From assembly GCA_036444275.1 (NCBI GenBank), contig JAZGAD010000047.1:6125-70124 (forward strand): a stretch of DNA of 64,000 nt, read 5' to 3'. This stretch comes from Candidatus Hydrothermarchaeales archaeon. GTDB lineage: Archaea > Hydrothermarchaeota > Hydrothermarchaeia > Hydrothermarchaeales > JAZGAD01. Within the stretch, counting starts at the first letter, position 1. Each line of letters starts with the position of its first letter. This document shows positions 10,121-19,886 of this stretch, in pieces. The notes beneath the pieces were generated by a model. That model was given only the letters and a program-made list of their open reading frames with translations, was not told the origin of the DNA and searched no databases. Position numbers and translations under genes: made by a program.

Positions 10121-10903
10121 TCAGTCCCATTTAAATAGATCCTCCAGCGACAGTCTTTTCAGGTATTTCGTGTCTATGGCGACTGTAAGGTCTCCAAGCT
10201 TGTCCATAAGTTCCTCGATTTCTTCCTTGGTTCTCCCGGTTTTCCTTACCAAAGTGCTAACCGGCGTGTTCAACAGATTTACTATTCTTTCGTCCCCGAT
10301 GCTCTCGTAGTTGCTCCTGCTTACTTCAACGGCGCACGCCATCTCCGCCTTTCTTATAAGTTCTGCAAGCTTAAGCGTGGAGATGCCTACCACTTTGGAT
10401 AACTCCAGGGCTTCCTTTCCGACTAAGTCGCCTATCCTCCTTATCCCAGCGGATGCCAAGCTCTCCTTCCTCTTCTCTCTCACCCCATCGATGTAGACAA
10501 CGCTCAGCTCCACCAGCGAAAAAACGGCGCACCTATATTCTATCTTATAGCACCCGGCGATGTTTATTCCCCTGCCGCTCTTCAACGTCGCCACGTTCTT
10601 AAACGCTGTTCCTCCCTCCGTCAATACGCTCTCGACGAGCAACTGAGTTGTACCGGTATTCTCCAAGCGGAACCACACCGGCAGGGGGTCTATCCGTCTC
10701 CAGTAGGGTAGAAGAGTTAAATAGAATGCGCCGACTTCAAGATTGATTTCTTCCGTTGACCGATAATCCTCAAGCCGCCAGCTCTCTGCCACCTTGTTAT
10801 CCAGATATCCTATCTTTTTCACCTCAACGCCGTCTATCCTAACCGCCACGTCAGGGTCAGTGATCGTCACTTTTACAAATGCTCCTTCTGTTGGGCTGTT
10901 CAT
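10121..10903 (-). CDS. hypothetical protein, paralog B (N-terminal beta-rich domain plus C-terminal tandem HhH-like motifs)
   Basis: It shares the motifs ITDPDV, WRLxxYxST, FYLxLxPY and DPLPVWF with the upstream gene. The C-terminus has GIRRIGDLVGKEALELSKVVGISTLKLAELI and IGDERIVNLLNTPVSTLVRKTG (helix-hairpin-helix-like). Confidence 0.6.
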   Translation of the reverse strand: MNSPTEGAFVKVTITDPDVAVRIDGVEVKKIGYLDNKVAESWRLEDYRSTEEINLEVGAFYLTLLPYWRRIDPLPVWFRLENTGTTQLLVESVLTEGGTAFKNVATLKSGRGINIAGCYKIEYRCAVFSLVELSVVYIDGVREKRKESLASAGIRRIGDLVGKEALELSKVVGISTLKLAELIRKAEMACAVEVSRSNYESIGDERIVNLLNTPVSTLVRKTGRTKEEIEELMDKLGDLTVAIDTKYLKRLSLEDLFKWD

Positions 10904-11715
10904 CTTCCCTTCACCCTCCCAAAGATGTCTCTTAATCTAAGCGTCTTGAAAACCTGGACAATGAGGGCCTGGGATAGATTGTCCAGCTGCGAAAGAAGTT
11001 TTTCTGCGTCTCCCTCGGTTGCACCGCTTTCTTCAGCTATCTTGGCGGCGCTCCACTTCAGGACAGCCCTCACGTATCTATCGCCGATTTCAGCGAACTT
11101 GTCCTGCTCTACCGAGATGTTGCATAGCAGTCTTGCCCTGTCGAGTATAATACCGGTATTATCTCCAAAAACCCGGGATATCTGTGCATACTTATCTTTG
11201 TTTAGCAAGTCCTTTACTATGACTATACCATTTTCCACAAGCTTCTTCAGGTGTTCTACCGTGACACCATTGATTTTAGTGGCGTCTAGCCAGCCTAGCC
11301 AAAAACACAACAGCCTGTATTCCAAGTTCAGGCACGCAGGCACAGGAAGATTCTTTCCTCTTTCTATAATGCCCAAGTCCTTGAACTGCATCTCCTTTCC
11401 CTTTTGCAACTCACTTAAGACGCATTTTGCGATCAACTTCCTCTTGCCGTTATTGTATACCTTGAACCACACCGGGAGAGGATCTACTATTTCAAAATAC
11501 GGCCAGAGCCTCAGGTAGAATTTCCCATCTTTGAGGTCTATGTCATCTGTAGATTGATAATTTCCAAGTCGCCACACCCTCCCTACTACCGCATCATTCT
11601 TTGTTCTCCTCCTTTCCACGCTTACTCTATCCACAACGTCTGGGTCGGCTATCCTTATTTTGACAACATATTTTGGCATTTCAATCTCGTCTCTTACAAT
11701 ATAATCTTGAAACAA
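10900..11715 (-). CDS. hypothetical protein, paralog A of 10121..10903
   Basis: It has the same conserved N-terminal motifs and C-terminal HhH-like segments. A 4-nt ATGA overlap with the downstream paralog points to translational coupling. Confidence 0.6.
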   Translation of the reverse strand: MFQDYIVRDEIEMPKYVVKIRIADPDVVDRVSVERRRTKNDAVVGRVWRLGNYQSTDDIDLKDGKFYLRLWPYFEIVDPLPVWFKVYNNGKRKLIAKCVLSELQKGKEMQFKDLGIIERGKNLPVPACLNLEYRLLCFWLGWLDATKINGVTVEHLKKLVENGIVIVKDLLNKDKYAQISRVFGDNTGIILDRARLLCNISVEQDKFAEIGDRYVRAVLKWSAAKIAEESGATEGDAEKLLSQLDNLSQALIVQVFKTLRLRDIFGRVKGR

Positions 11716-11748
11716 GATTTGAGTGTTTATCGTTCTTAAGCTTTTCTT

Positions 11749-11937
11749 TTGAACCTTTCAAGTATGAAACAAGATTATTTTGCACAGGCGAAGGTGACGG
11801 TGAGGAAGCAGATAGCGATCCCGAAGAAAGTCCGAGAGAAGCTAGGCGGCGTTGAAGAGGGGGACTACCTGCTCTTCTACGAGGAAGGCGGGAGGATATA
11901 CGTCGAGAAGGGTGTGCTAGTCCTGAAGAGCAGATAG
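11749..11937 (+). CDS. AbrB/SpoVT (swapped-hairpin) family small DNA-binding protein
   Basis: AKVTVRKQIAIPKKVREKLGGVEEGDYLLFYEEGGRIYVEK matches the AbrB/MazE-type domain. Confidence 0.6.
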   Translation: MNLSSMKQDYFAQAKVTVRKQIAIPKKVREKLGGVEEGDYLLFYEEGGRIYVEKGVLVLKSR

Positions 11938-12161
11938 AATGAGGATTATGGAAAGGCTCATACTTCCTAGGATCTAGAAATGAGCTTGATTCTCCTTTTA
12001 TTTGTTTAGAACTGAATATAGATGAGTGATAGGAAGTGTTAAACAACACAACTTTCTACCTCCTCGACATTCCTCTATTAGTACCTCATATACTTAAAAG
12101 TAACGTCTTTAGCACGTCTACTATTCTTAACGTGTTTCAACTTATTTTTCTAGTGGTGTTT

Positions 12162-12344
12162 ATGTCTGAGAGGATTATCAGCAAAAAGGCTAAGAAATTG
12201 GTGCGGTGGCATGATAACTACGTTGTTTTTGTAACTCCTGAGGCTAAGCAGGCTAATTGGAACGAGAAGACAATTGTCAAAGTCTCTTTGGTAGAGAAGA
12301 ATGGGGAAAAGAAGATTATTATAGAAAAAGGCATGGAACTTTAA
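12162..12344 (+). CDS. possible second AbrB-like small protein
   Basis: An internal start MSERIISKKAKKLVRW...VVFVTPEAKQ...KVSLVEKNGEKKIIIEK gives a weaker swapped-hairpin pattern. Confidence 0.35.
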   Translation: MSERIISKKAKKLVRWHDNYVVFVTPEAKQANWNEKTIVKVSLVEKNGEKKIIIEKGMEL

Positions 12345-12534
12345 TAAGGTAAAAAAATCTAGCTGAGACCTTCCCCTCCACAAAACGTTAAATTTAATCG
12401 CTCTTATACGCTATGCGTCTGATGAGCTATGGAGCGATACATTTTCCGGGACCACTAAATATTAAAATACCTTGGATGAGTTGTAAAGTGGATATGAGCA
12501 AACATGTTTAACCAAATGGGAAGTTGAACTTCGC

Positions 12535-12548
12535 AAAAATCAATTTTT
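12535..12548. terminator. second copy of the palindromic AAAAATCAATTTTT motif, between the convergent AbrB-like gene and the DUF35 gene
   Basis: Exact 14-mer identity with 5927..5940. Confidence 0.35.
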
Positions 12549-12587
12549 GTAGTTAACTGGAGAGATATATGAAATCTGCTTCAATTG

Positions 12588-12986
12588 CTACTTTCCAGCT
12601 GGTTGGAACTTGAACCCATAGTGAATTAATCCAGCATCGCCGTCCTCTTGTATCCTCCTGAATACCCGCTCCACCTTCATTCCTATCTTTACATCGCTGG
12701 ACTCGCAGTTGACGATTTGGGTGGTGAAAGCAGGTCCCTCTTCAGATTTCACGATAGCCATTATATACGGGGATTGGCTCTCAAAACCCACTGGAGCTGC
12801 ATGAATAATAGTATAAGTTAGTACTTCACCTCGCCCACTAAGCTTCGTTTCCTCCAGCTTGCTCTGCCTCCTGCATTTTGGACAGAACTTCCTTGGCGGG
12901 AAATACACATTGTTGCAGTTCAGGCACTTCGTCGCTATGAGGTTATACCTGCTCGGCAGATTCCTCCAGAACCTGGGTATGCTCAT
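12588..12986 (-). CDS. DUF35 OB-fold/zinc-ribbon protein (thiolase/HMG-CoA synthase partner)
   Basis: It has the zinc ribbon CLNCNNVYFPPRKFCPKCRR and lies downstream of the thiolase, as in archaeal mevalonate clusters. Confidence 0.8.
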   Translation of the reverse strand: MSIPRFWRNLPSRYNLIATKCLNCNNVYFPPRKFCPKCRRQSKLEETKLSGRGEVLTYTIIHAAPVGFESQSPYIMAIVKSEEGPAFTTQIVNCESSDVKIGMKVERVFRRIQEDGDAGLIHYGFKFQPAGK

Positions 12987-12993
12987 TATCTCG

Positions 12994-14157
12994 TCACCCC
13001 TTCTCCAGTATGTGCACTACGGCGGTGCCTCCAGAGCCGCCCACATTATGGGTCAGCCCTCTATCTGCATCTACCTGGCGCTTGCCAGCTTTTCCCCTCA
13101 ATTGGAGGACTATCTCAATTGCCTGCGCCACTCCAGTAGCTCCCACAGGATGCCCCTTCGCCTTTAGCCCGCCCGATGTATTCACAGGTATATCCCCCCC
13201 TCTTTTGGTCATACCTTCCTCAATTGCTTTCCCCCCTTCACCTATCTCAACGAAGCCCAGCTCCTCGATAGCCAGTATCTCGCCAATAGTAAAGGCATCA
13301 TGCACTTCAGCCACATGGATATCCTTCGGTCCAACCTTAGCCCTCTTATATGCCTCCTTTGCGGCGTTGACTGTTGAGTCTATTAATGCTATTCTATCCC
13401 TATCGTGCAAGGCTATACTGCTCGATGCTTGGCCGCTTCCAGTGATATACACCGGGGAGTTTCCATATTCTTTTGCCTTCTCCTCACTTGCCAGGATCAT
13501 GCAGGCTGCACCGTCAGTTATGGGTGAACAGTCCAACAGCCTAAGAGGATCGGCCACCATCGGCGAAGACAGTACCTGCTCAACGGTTACATCGAATCTG
13601 AACTGGGCGTATGGATTATCCTTGGCATTGCTGTGGTTCTTGACGCTTACCATTGCGAGTTGCTCCCTTGTTGTGCCGTATTCATACATGTGCCTCCTGG
13701 CCATCATAGCATATAAACCAGGAAAAGTCATGCCCAAGAAGGCCTCCCATTCTTGGTCTGCAGCTGTAGCTAGAGTCTGCGTGGTCCTCTCAGTCAGGAT
13801 ATCGGTCATCTTCTCCACCCCACCTACTACGACTAGGTCATGGAAGCCGGAATTTATCGCCGCTATTCCCTGCCTTAAAGCCAAGCCCCCTGAGGCGCAT
13901 GCTGCTTCCACTCTAGTTGAAGGTATAGGTGTTAAGCCTACTTGACCAGCTATTAACGAGGAAATGTGCTCCTGGTCTATGAAGCGCCCCCCAGACATGT
14001 TGCCCACGAATATCGCTTCAACATCTTTGCCGTCTACGCCTGCATCGCGAAGTGCATTTGCCCCTGCTTCAACGAAGAGATGGCTGAAGGAAGCCTCCCA
14101 ATGCTCTCCGAATTTGGTTAACCCGACACCTATAACTGCAACTCTTTTCATATTCAA
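12994..14157 (-). CDS. acetyl-CoA C-acetyltransferase (thiolase)
   Basis: The N-terminus reads [13 protein letters not shown], and active-site Cys/His motifs typical of the thiolase family are present. Confidence 0.9.
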   Translation of the reverse strand: MNMKRVAVIGVGLTKFGEHWEASFSHLFVEAGANALRDAGVDGKDVEAIFVGNMSGGRFIDQEHISSLIAGQVGLTPIPSTRVEAACASGGLALRQGIAAINSGFHDLVVVGGVEKMTDILTERTTQTLATAADQEWEAFLGMTFPGLYAMMARRHMYEYGTTREQLAMVSVKNHSNAKDNPYAQFRFDVTVEQVLSSPMVADPLRLLDCSPITDGAACMILASEEKAKEYGNSPVYITGSGQASSSIALHDRDRIALIDSTVNAAKEAYKRAKVGPKDIHVAEVHDAFTIGEILAIEELGFVEIGEGGKAIEEGMTKRGGDIPVNTSGGLKAKGHPVGATGVAQAIEIVLQLRGKAGKRQVDADRGLTHNVGGSGGTAVVHILEKG

Positions 14158-15191
14158 ACCTTTATTTTCTTCCTCAACCTGACGTAAGTGGCATAGTCTA
14201 TGTACTTCTTCACTTGTATGAAGTCCTCAACATGTGGGGAGTTCCTCTTTCCCTCTATTCCATCTTCCACAAGGATGCTGAAGGAGTCCCCTCCAGCTCC
14301 CGAGCCAAAGGACGTGATCATAATCCTTTCCCCCGGCTTGGCATCATCTAAAATTCTAGCCAGACCTAAGAGCGACGAACCAGAGTAGGCATTCCCGATC
14401 CTGTCAACGAGAAGTCCCTTCTCCATCTGCTTCTGTGTGAAGCCCAGCATATCGGCTACCCGCCTAGGAAACTTGCCGTTAGGCTGGTGGAAGACCACGT
14501 ACTGAAAGTCCCCTGGCTTTAACCCCAACTTGTCCATCAATCCTTTCGAGGCATTATAGACATGCTTGAAATAGGCTGGAGCACCAGTAAAGCGCCCGCC
14601 GTGACTTGGATAAGATTGCCCTTCCCTGCGCCAGAAGTCTGGGGTGTCAGTAGTATAGGAATATGTGCCCTCGAAGCTAGCTATGACTCCATTTCTACCG
14701 ATGATGAAGGCTGCACCTCCAGCAGCAGCTGCAAATTCTAGGGCATCTCCGGGCGCCCCTTGAGCTGTATCAGCCCCAATTGCTAGACCATACTTGATCA
14801 TCTTAGATGCTACTAGGCCCATGCAAGTCTGCATTGCGGCAGTGCCGGCTTTGCAGGCGAATTCATAAGACGCTGCAGTTAACTCCGGTGTTGCTTCTAG
14901 CGCTTCCGCTACTATAGTTGCCGTAGGCTTCACAGTGTAGGGATGACTCTCGGAACCGATGTAGATGGCGCCTATCTCTTGGGGATTGATGCCTGCCATT
15001 GTCAAGGCATTCCTACCCGCCTCTACTGATATCGTCGTGGTATCCTCGTCTAGATCAGGTACCGCCTTCTCTGCGATCTGCAGGCTCTTTTTGATGTTCT
15101 CCGGGTCTTTGCCCCATACTCTAGCTATCTCCTCCACCTTTATCCTGTATCTCGGGATATAGGCTCCATAGCCAACTATGCCTGTCTTCAT
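14154..15191 (-). CDS. hydroxymethylglutaryl-CoA synthase
   Basis: The N-terminus reads [23 protein letters not shown], typical of archaeal HMGS. A 4-nt overlap with the thiolase places them in one operon. Confidence 0.9.
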   Translation of the reverse strand: MKTGIVGYGAYIPRYRIKVEEIARVWGKDPENIKKSLQIAEKAVPDLDEDTTTISVEAGRNALTMAGINPQEIGAIYIGSESHPYTVKPTATIVAEALEATPELTAASYEFACKAGTAAMQTCMGLVASKMIKYGLAIGADTAQGAPGDALEFAAAAGGAAFIIGRNGVIASFEGTYSYTTDTPDFWRREGQSYPSHGGRFTGAPAYFKHVYNASKGLMDKLGLKPGDFQYVVFHQPNGKFPRRVADMLGFTQKQMEKGLLVDRIGNAYSGSSLLGLARILDDAKPGERIMITSFGSGAGGDSFSILVEDGIEGKRNSPHVEDFIQVKKYIDYATYVRLRKKIKV

Positions 15192-15949
15192 GCAGTATTC
15201 CTCCTCAACTCACCGAGGAGTTCTTCTACATCCTCTATCCCTGAGAGTATGACTGGAATCCTCTCTCTTTCAGCTATCTCTATCCCTAACGCATCTACTT
15301 TCTTAAGCCCATGTAGGACCACGAGACCCGGTTTTATGCTGGAAACACGGATTGCGATGAAAGGCGACCTACCACCGCCAACCCTGGTGAATATCAAGGC
15401 CCTTTCAGACGTGAGCCCATAGATGCGGTAGAAGTCTCCAGAAGATAATTCCAATATTGCCGTCACGCTGTCTAGGGCCGTATAGCCGTAGACATCCTTG
15501 TTTAGTAATCCCTCGTTGACCACTACCGTCCCCTTAACTATATCTAGGATATCACTAGCTTTCATGGGCGATGCGAATTCTTTCATGTCTAGGATGCCTT
15601 CTAGGCTGGGTGTACCACTTAGACCCTTGGTATATGCCTTTAATAAGCTGGAGCCTCTCTCGCTGTCTGCCTTTACTAAAGCCTGGACTATCCTCTTGAC
15701 CATCTTAGATCCAGGGCTCCTCCGCTTCCGCTCATAGTCGCTTATCACAGAAGATGAGACATCAAGGCTCTGTGATAAATCACTCTGGGATATACCTACT
15801 AACTCCCTCCACTTCCGGATGGTCCTTCCTTGTTCGCCTGAAAGCACTATCTCTCCGGCCATCTTAGTGGAAAGTTCATCTTCCACGCTCAACGTATCAC
15901 CTTCACCTTTCCCGAGTAAAGCAGAGGCACTATTTAAGGTTTTCGTCAA
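15188..15949 (-). CDS. XRE-type HTH transcriptional regulator (COG1395-like) heading the mevalonate operon
   Basis: The HTH reads [34 protein letters not shown], with a C-terminal domain of unknown function. Overlaps HMGS by 4 nt. Confidence 0.65.
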   Translation of the reverse strand: MTKTLNSASALLGKGEGDTLSVEDELSTKMAGEIVLSGEQGRTIRKWRELVGISQSDLSQSLDVSSSVISDYERKRRSPGSKMVKRIVQALVKADSERGSSLLKAYTKGLSGTPSLEGILDMKEFASPMKASDILDIVKGTVVVNEGLLNKDVYGYTALDSVTAILELSSGDFYRIYGLTSERALIFTRVGGGRSPFIAIRVSSIKPGLVVLHGLKKVDALGIEIAERERIPVILSGIEDVEELLGELRRNTA

Positions 15950-16020
15950 AAAACTTATATATTATAGACAATCGTCGAACAAAGGTTTAAATTCTTCCTT
16001 GGACGTTGGGAGATTTAGTT

Positions 16021-16095
16021 GGGGCCGTAGGGTAGCATGGTCGATCCTCGTGGCTTCGGGAGCCATGGACCTGAGTTCAAATCTCAGCGGCCCCA
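16021..16095 (+). tRNA. tRNA-Pro (anticodon CGG)
   Basis: Cloverleaf read by hand. The acceptor GGGGCCG/CGGCCCC pairs. The T-arm is CTGAG-TTCAAAT-CTCAG. The anticodon stem GTGGC/GCCAT carries loop TTCGGGA, giving anticodon CGG. CCA is not encoded. Confidence 0.7.
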
Positions 16096-16175
16096 TCAAT
16101 AATTTCTGAATTATCTTCAGAGAAAATATAAATCCAAATGAAGCTCAGCAAAAACAGCTAGGACTGGATTCTTCA

Positions 16176-17093
16176 TCACGATAGAACAAGCTCGATCTCC
16201 AAGGTCTCTGCTATCTCTTTGTATCTATTCCTTATTGTGACTTCTGTTACGCCAGCGACATCGGCGACTTCCTTCTGCGTTCTTCTCTCCCCCATAAGCA
16301 CACTGGCTATATAAATCGCGGCTGCTGATACTCCGGTTGGCCCTCTACCTGAAGTGAGCTCCTTGTCCATAGCCTTCTCTGATATTTCTACAGCACGACG
16401 CTGCACATCCGTATTCAAATTAAGCTCAGAGCAGAAGCGCGGGATATAGTCGATAGGCGTGGTGGGATTCAGGTTGAAGCTCAGCTCTCTAGAGATGTAC
16501 CTGTATGCCTTGCCTATCTCCTTCCTACTCATGAGGGAAGCCTCTGCCACCTCATCGAGAGTGCGCGGTACCTTGCACTGCCTGCAGGCAGCATATATGC
16601 ATGCGGTGGCGACAGCCTCAATACTCCGCCCCCTTATCAGCCCCTTTGCCAGCGCTTTCCTGTAGACCATGGATGACGCCTCGCGCACATTCTTGGAGAG
16701 ATTCAGCTTTGAAGAGAGCTTGCTGAGCTCTACGAGGGCTATGGCGAGATTCCGCTCCTTTGCATTGGATATGCGGACACGCTGTTGCCACTTCCTTATT
16801 CTGTAGAGCTGGGCCATCTTCCTCGAGGCTATGGGCCGCCCTGAAAAATCCTGATTCCGCCAATCTATAGTGGTAGATAAACCCTTATCATGAACTAGAT
16901 AATTCATTGGCGCTCCAGTGCGGCTACGCTTACTCATCTGCTCGCTGTCGAAGGCACGCCACTCAGGGCCATAGTCTATTATGTCTTCATCCACTACTCG
17001 CCCGCAGTCGTTACAAATTATCTCAGCCCGCTCATAGTCTTTAGTAAGGCTTTTGCTCCCGCATTCAGGGCAGGCAATTGTGTACTCTACTTC
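16176..17093 (-). CDS. tfb: transcription initiation factor IIB (TFB)
   Basis: The N-terminal zinc ribbon reads CPECGS...CNDCG, and two cyclin-like repeats follow. The likely start is [13 protein letters not shown] at 17093; the ORF is open to 17132. Confidence 0.9.
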   Translation of the reverse strand, partial: EVEYTIACPECGSKSLTKDYERAEIICNDCGRVVDEDIIDYGPEWRAFDSEQMSKRSRTGAPMNYLVHDKGLSTTIDWRNQDFSGRPIASRKMAQLYRIRKWQQRVRISNAKERNLAIALVELSKLSSKLNLSKNVREASSMVYRKALAKGLIRGRSIEAVATACIYAACRQCKVPRTLDEVAEASLMSRKEIGKAYRYISRELSFNLNPTTPIDYIPRFCSELNLNTDVQRRAVEISEKAMDKELTSGRGPTGVSAAAIYIASVLMGERRTQKEVADVAGVTEVTIRNRYKEIAETLEIELVLS

Positions 17094-17269
17094 CATGTTA
17101 TCACCTAAAGCGCTTATACCTAACCTCAACAAATTATTTTCAGATAACCTCTAATGAGAATTAGATTTCAAGCCAGGCAGAAGTAAATCGTCGACAGTGG
17201 ATTCCCAGCTCTAGATGTGACAAAAGACCCACCATTTTTTTGAAATTTTGCATTAAGCATGAAGCAATA

Positions 17270-17300
17270 GCATTCTTATATAACATTATTTAACATTATA
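17270..17300 (+). promoter_or_regulatory. putative TATA box (TTATATA) with AACATTAT direct repeats upstream of cdhC
   Basis: An AT-rich element lies about 80 nt upstream of the cdhC ATG, and a GAGGT RBS sits at 17352. Confidence 0.3.
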
Positions 17301-17363
17301 TTTTCATATGTTAAAATGGAGAAGTAGGCTACTATCCTGGCCTAAAAGTAAGAGGTAAAGCGC

Positions 17364-18731
17364 ATGATAAAGGACCTTCCGGTTGATGTCGGGCTTATCT
17401 ACGAAGGGGAGAGGATAAGAAAGAATTTAATGTATGTGGACCTCGCCGGGCCTAAAAGCAAGGGGGCAGAGCTTCTTAGAGTGGCACCAGCGGCGAAGGT
17501 GAAGGACACCAAGGTAAAGGTTGTCGGCCTTGATATAACTGACATGGAAGAGGGCAAAGCATATCCATTCAGCATTCTGGTGGAAGTCGCCGGCAAAACA
17601 TTGGAGGAGGACTTGGAAGGAGTCTTCGAGAGACGCATTCACTATTTCCTCAACTATATACAGGGCTTCATGCACCTCAACAGCAGGGACATAATATGGT
17701 GCAGGGTTGGCAAGGATTCAGCCAAGAAGGGCATTACTCTAAAACACATAGGGCAAGCCCTCATGGACCTCTTTAAATCCGAGTTCGACACCATAGAGAA
17801 GATACAGGTGACCTTTTACACCAGCGATAAGGAGGTAGATAAGTTTCTAGCTAAAGCGAGGAAGGTCTATGAAAAACGCGATTCCAGGATACGCGGTCTT
17901 CGCGATGAAGACGTCGATACATTTTATGGTTGTGCCCTGTGCCAGAGTTTCGCCCCGCAGCACCTATGTACGATAACACCGAGTAGGACATCCTCCTGCG
18001 GATCTATATCCTGGTTCGAGGGCAGAGCTGCTGCCAAGGTGGACCCGAAGGGGCCTATATTCGCTATATCCAAGGGAGAACTAATAGATGAACTAAAGGG
18101 AGAGTACTCCGGGCCAGACGAAGCGACATATGAGCGCTCCAGTGGCACTGTATCCAAGGTATATCTGCATAGCCTCTTCGATTATCCTCACACATCCTGC
18201 GGTTGCTTTGAGGCCATAGCCTTCTACATGCCTGATGTGGATGGGATAGGGATCGTATCCAGGAGCTTTAATGGAAAGACGCCCTTTGGTATACCATTCT
18301 CAACTATAGCTGGACAGGTTGGCGGCGGCTTGCAGAGCACTGGATTCGCCGGTATAGCCGTAGAGTATCTGCGCTCACCCAAATACCTCCAAGCAGACGG
18401 CGGCTGGGAGCGAACAGTCTGGTTGCCCAAGGAACTCAAGGAGAGGATCGGCGATGACATACCAGAGCACATGAGGGATAAGATAGCCACTGAGGAGGAC
18501 GCTACAGATCTAGAATCCTTAAAGAAATTCCTCCAAGAAAAAGGACATCCAGTCATTGAGCGGTGGAAAAAAGAAGCTGTCGAGGTAGAAAAAACGAGTA
18601 AGCCTGTTGAGGTATCAGAGCTTCAGGTACTTGAGGGCATGCCGCTTGATGGAAGTGGGGTAACTATCGTCTTCAAGAACGCCAAGATCTATGCTGAAAA
18701 GGTGATCATCAAGCGGAAGGGGACGAGATAA
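17364..18731 (+). CDS. cdhC: acetyl-CoA decarbonylase/synthase complex beta subunit (acetyl-CoA synthase, CdhC)
   Basis: The 455-aa product has the A-cluster Cys motif region CALCQSFAPQHLC ... SCGCFE, and cdhD and cdhE lie downstream. Confidence 0.85.
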   Translation: MIKDLPVDVGLIYEGERIRKNLMYVDLAGPKSKGAELLRVAPAAKVKDTKVKVVGLDITDMEEGKAYPFSILVEVAGKTLEEDLEGVFERRIHYFLNYIQGFMHLNSRDIIWCRVGKDSAKKGITLKHIGQALMDLFKSEFDTIEKIQVTFYTSDKEVDKFLAKARKVYEKRDSRIRGLRDEDVDTFYGCALCQSFAPQHLCTITPSRTSSCGSISWFEGRAAAKVDPKGPIFAISKGELIDELKGEYSGPDEATYERSSGTVSKVYLHSLFDYPHTSCGCFEAIAFYMPDVDGIGIVSRSFNGKTPFGIPFSTIAGQVGGGLQSTGFAGIAVEYLRSPKYLQADGGWERTVWLPKELKERIGDDIPEHMRDKIATEEDATDLESLKKFLQEKGHPVIERWKKEAVEVEKTSKPVEVSELQVLEGMPLDGSGVTIVFKNAKIYAEKVIIKRKGTR

Positions 18732-19879
18732 TGAGGTATGATCTCGATGAACTTATCGCCTCCTTAGTTGATGCGGAAACAGTCGAACTTGAGAATGTCA
18801 CTATAGATACTGAAGAACTGGTCCTTGAAATCAGGAGGCTCGCAGGAGCCCGAAGACCTCTACATCCACCTATTCTGAAGCCCGAGAGACTGAAATTCCA
18901 AGTTCCCAAGGGAGAGTACAGGGGAGAAGTAGTAGAAGTGCAGTTCGGGGCTACGAAGGGCGATGGCGGGACTAGAGGAAAGGCAATTAAGATAGGTGGA
19001 CAGCGAAGCCTCTACTCCTTTGAGGATGGCATGCCAAATAGACCAGTTATCGCATATGATGTCTTCGATATGCCTATGCCAAGCTTTGCTAAATCGCTGA
19101 GAGAGGAGTGGCAGGATGCCTGGGATACCCCAGCGGAATGGGCAAAGAAAGCTGTGAAGCTGGGTGCAGATATGATAACCCTCCACTTAATATCAACAGA
19201 TCCAGGGATCAAAGATACCTCTCCTAAGGAAGCTGCTAAAACCGTGGAGGACGTGCTGCAGGCCGTAGATGTTCCCTTGGTTATCGGGGGCTCAGGTAAT
19301 CCAGAGAAGGACCCTGTGCTCTTCGAGAAGGTAGCTGAAGCTGCTGAGGGGGAGCTATGCCTACTCGCCTCTGCAAACCTTGACTTGGATCATAAGAGGA
19401 TAGTGGATGCTGCCAATAAGTACCGACACAACGTCCTATCCTGGACTTCTATGAATATAACAGACCAGCAGATGCTCAATAAACTCCTCCTCGACGAAGG
19501 GCTTCCGCAGGAGCGCATGGTCCAAGATCCCACTACAGGAGCGCTCGGCTATGGTTTGGAGTACACGTATTCCATCATTGAAAGGCTTAAGCTCAGCGCA
19601 CTTAAGGGAGAGAAGATATTGCAGAGCCCTATCTCCTGCGGTGTGACAAATGCATGGGCCGCTAGAGAAGCCTGGATGAATGAGCCTAGCTGGGGTGCAC
19701 GGGAGTACCGCGGTCCCCTGTGGGAGATAGTAACTGCAGTCACTGTGCTATTGGCAGGAGCTGACATGATGATGATGCTTCACCCTGGAGCCGTGAAGGC
19801 TGTGAAGGATATAATAGGGGCTATATCTGGAGAATTGAAAACCGAGCCCCTAGCTTACGAGGAATGGATCGCTCTATAG
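18731..19879 (+). CDS. cdhD: ACDS complex delta subunit (corrinoid Fe-S protein small subunit, CdhD)
   Basis: TIM-barrel-like 382-aa protein between cdhC and cdhE, with start-stop overlap to cdhC. Confidence 0.8.
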   Translation: MRYDLDELIASLVDAETVELENVTIDTEELVLEIRRLAGARRPLHPPILKPERLKFQVPKGEYRGEVVEVQFGATKGDGGTRGKAIKIGGQRSLYSFEDGMPNRPVIAYDVFDMPMPSFAKSLREEWQDAWDTPAEWAKKAVKLGADMITLHLISTDPGIKDTSPKEAAKTVEDVLQAVDVPLVIGGSGNPEKDPVLFEKVAEAAEGELCLLASANLDLDHKRIVDAANKYRHNVLSWTSMNITDQQMLNKLLLDEGLPQERMVQDPTTGALGYGLEYTYSIIERLKLSALKGEKILQSPISCGVTNAWAAREAWMNEPSWGAREYRGPLWEIVTAVTVLLAGADMMMMLHPGAVKAVKDIIGAISGELKTEPLAYEEWIAL

Positions 19880-19886
19880 GGGGCCT

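Noticed and set aside
12400-12500. Possible box C/D sRNA (CUGAUGA and GAUGAG boxes) in the intergenic region upstream of DUF35
   Set aside because: The C-like boxes are imperfect, and no D/D' (CUGA) boxes are at the expected spacing, so I could not build a k-turn-compatible arrangement.
13010-13945. 311-aa + strand ORF
   Set aside because: Entirely antisense to the thiolase gene. Its Pro/Ser/Ala-rich composition with no motifs is the classic antisense shadow of a GC-rich-third-position gene.
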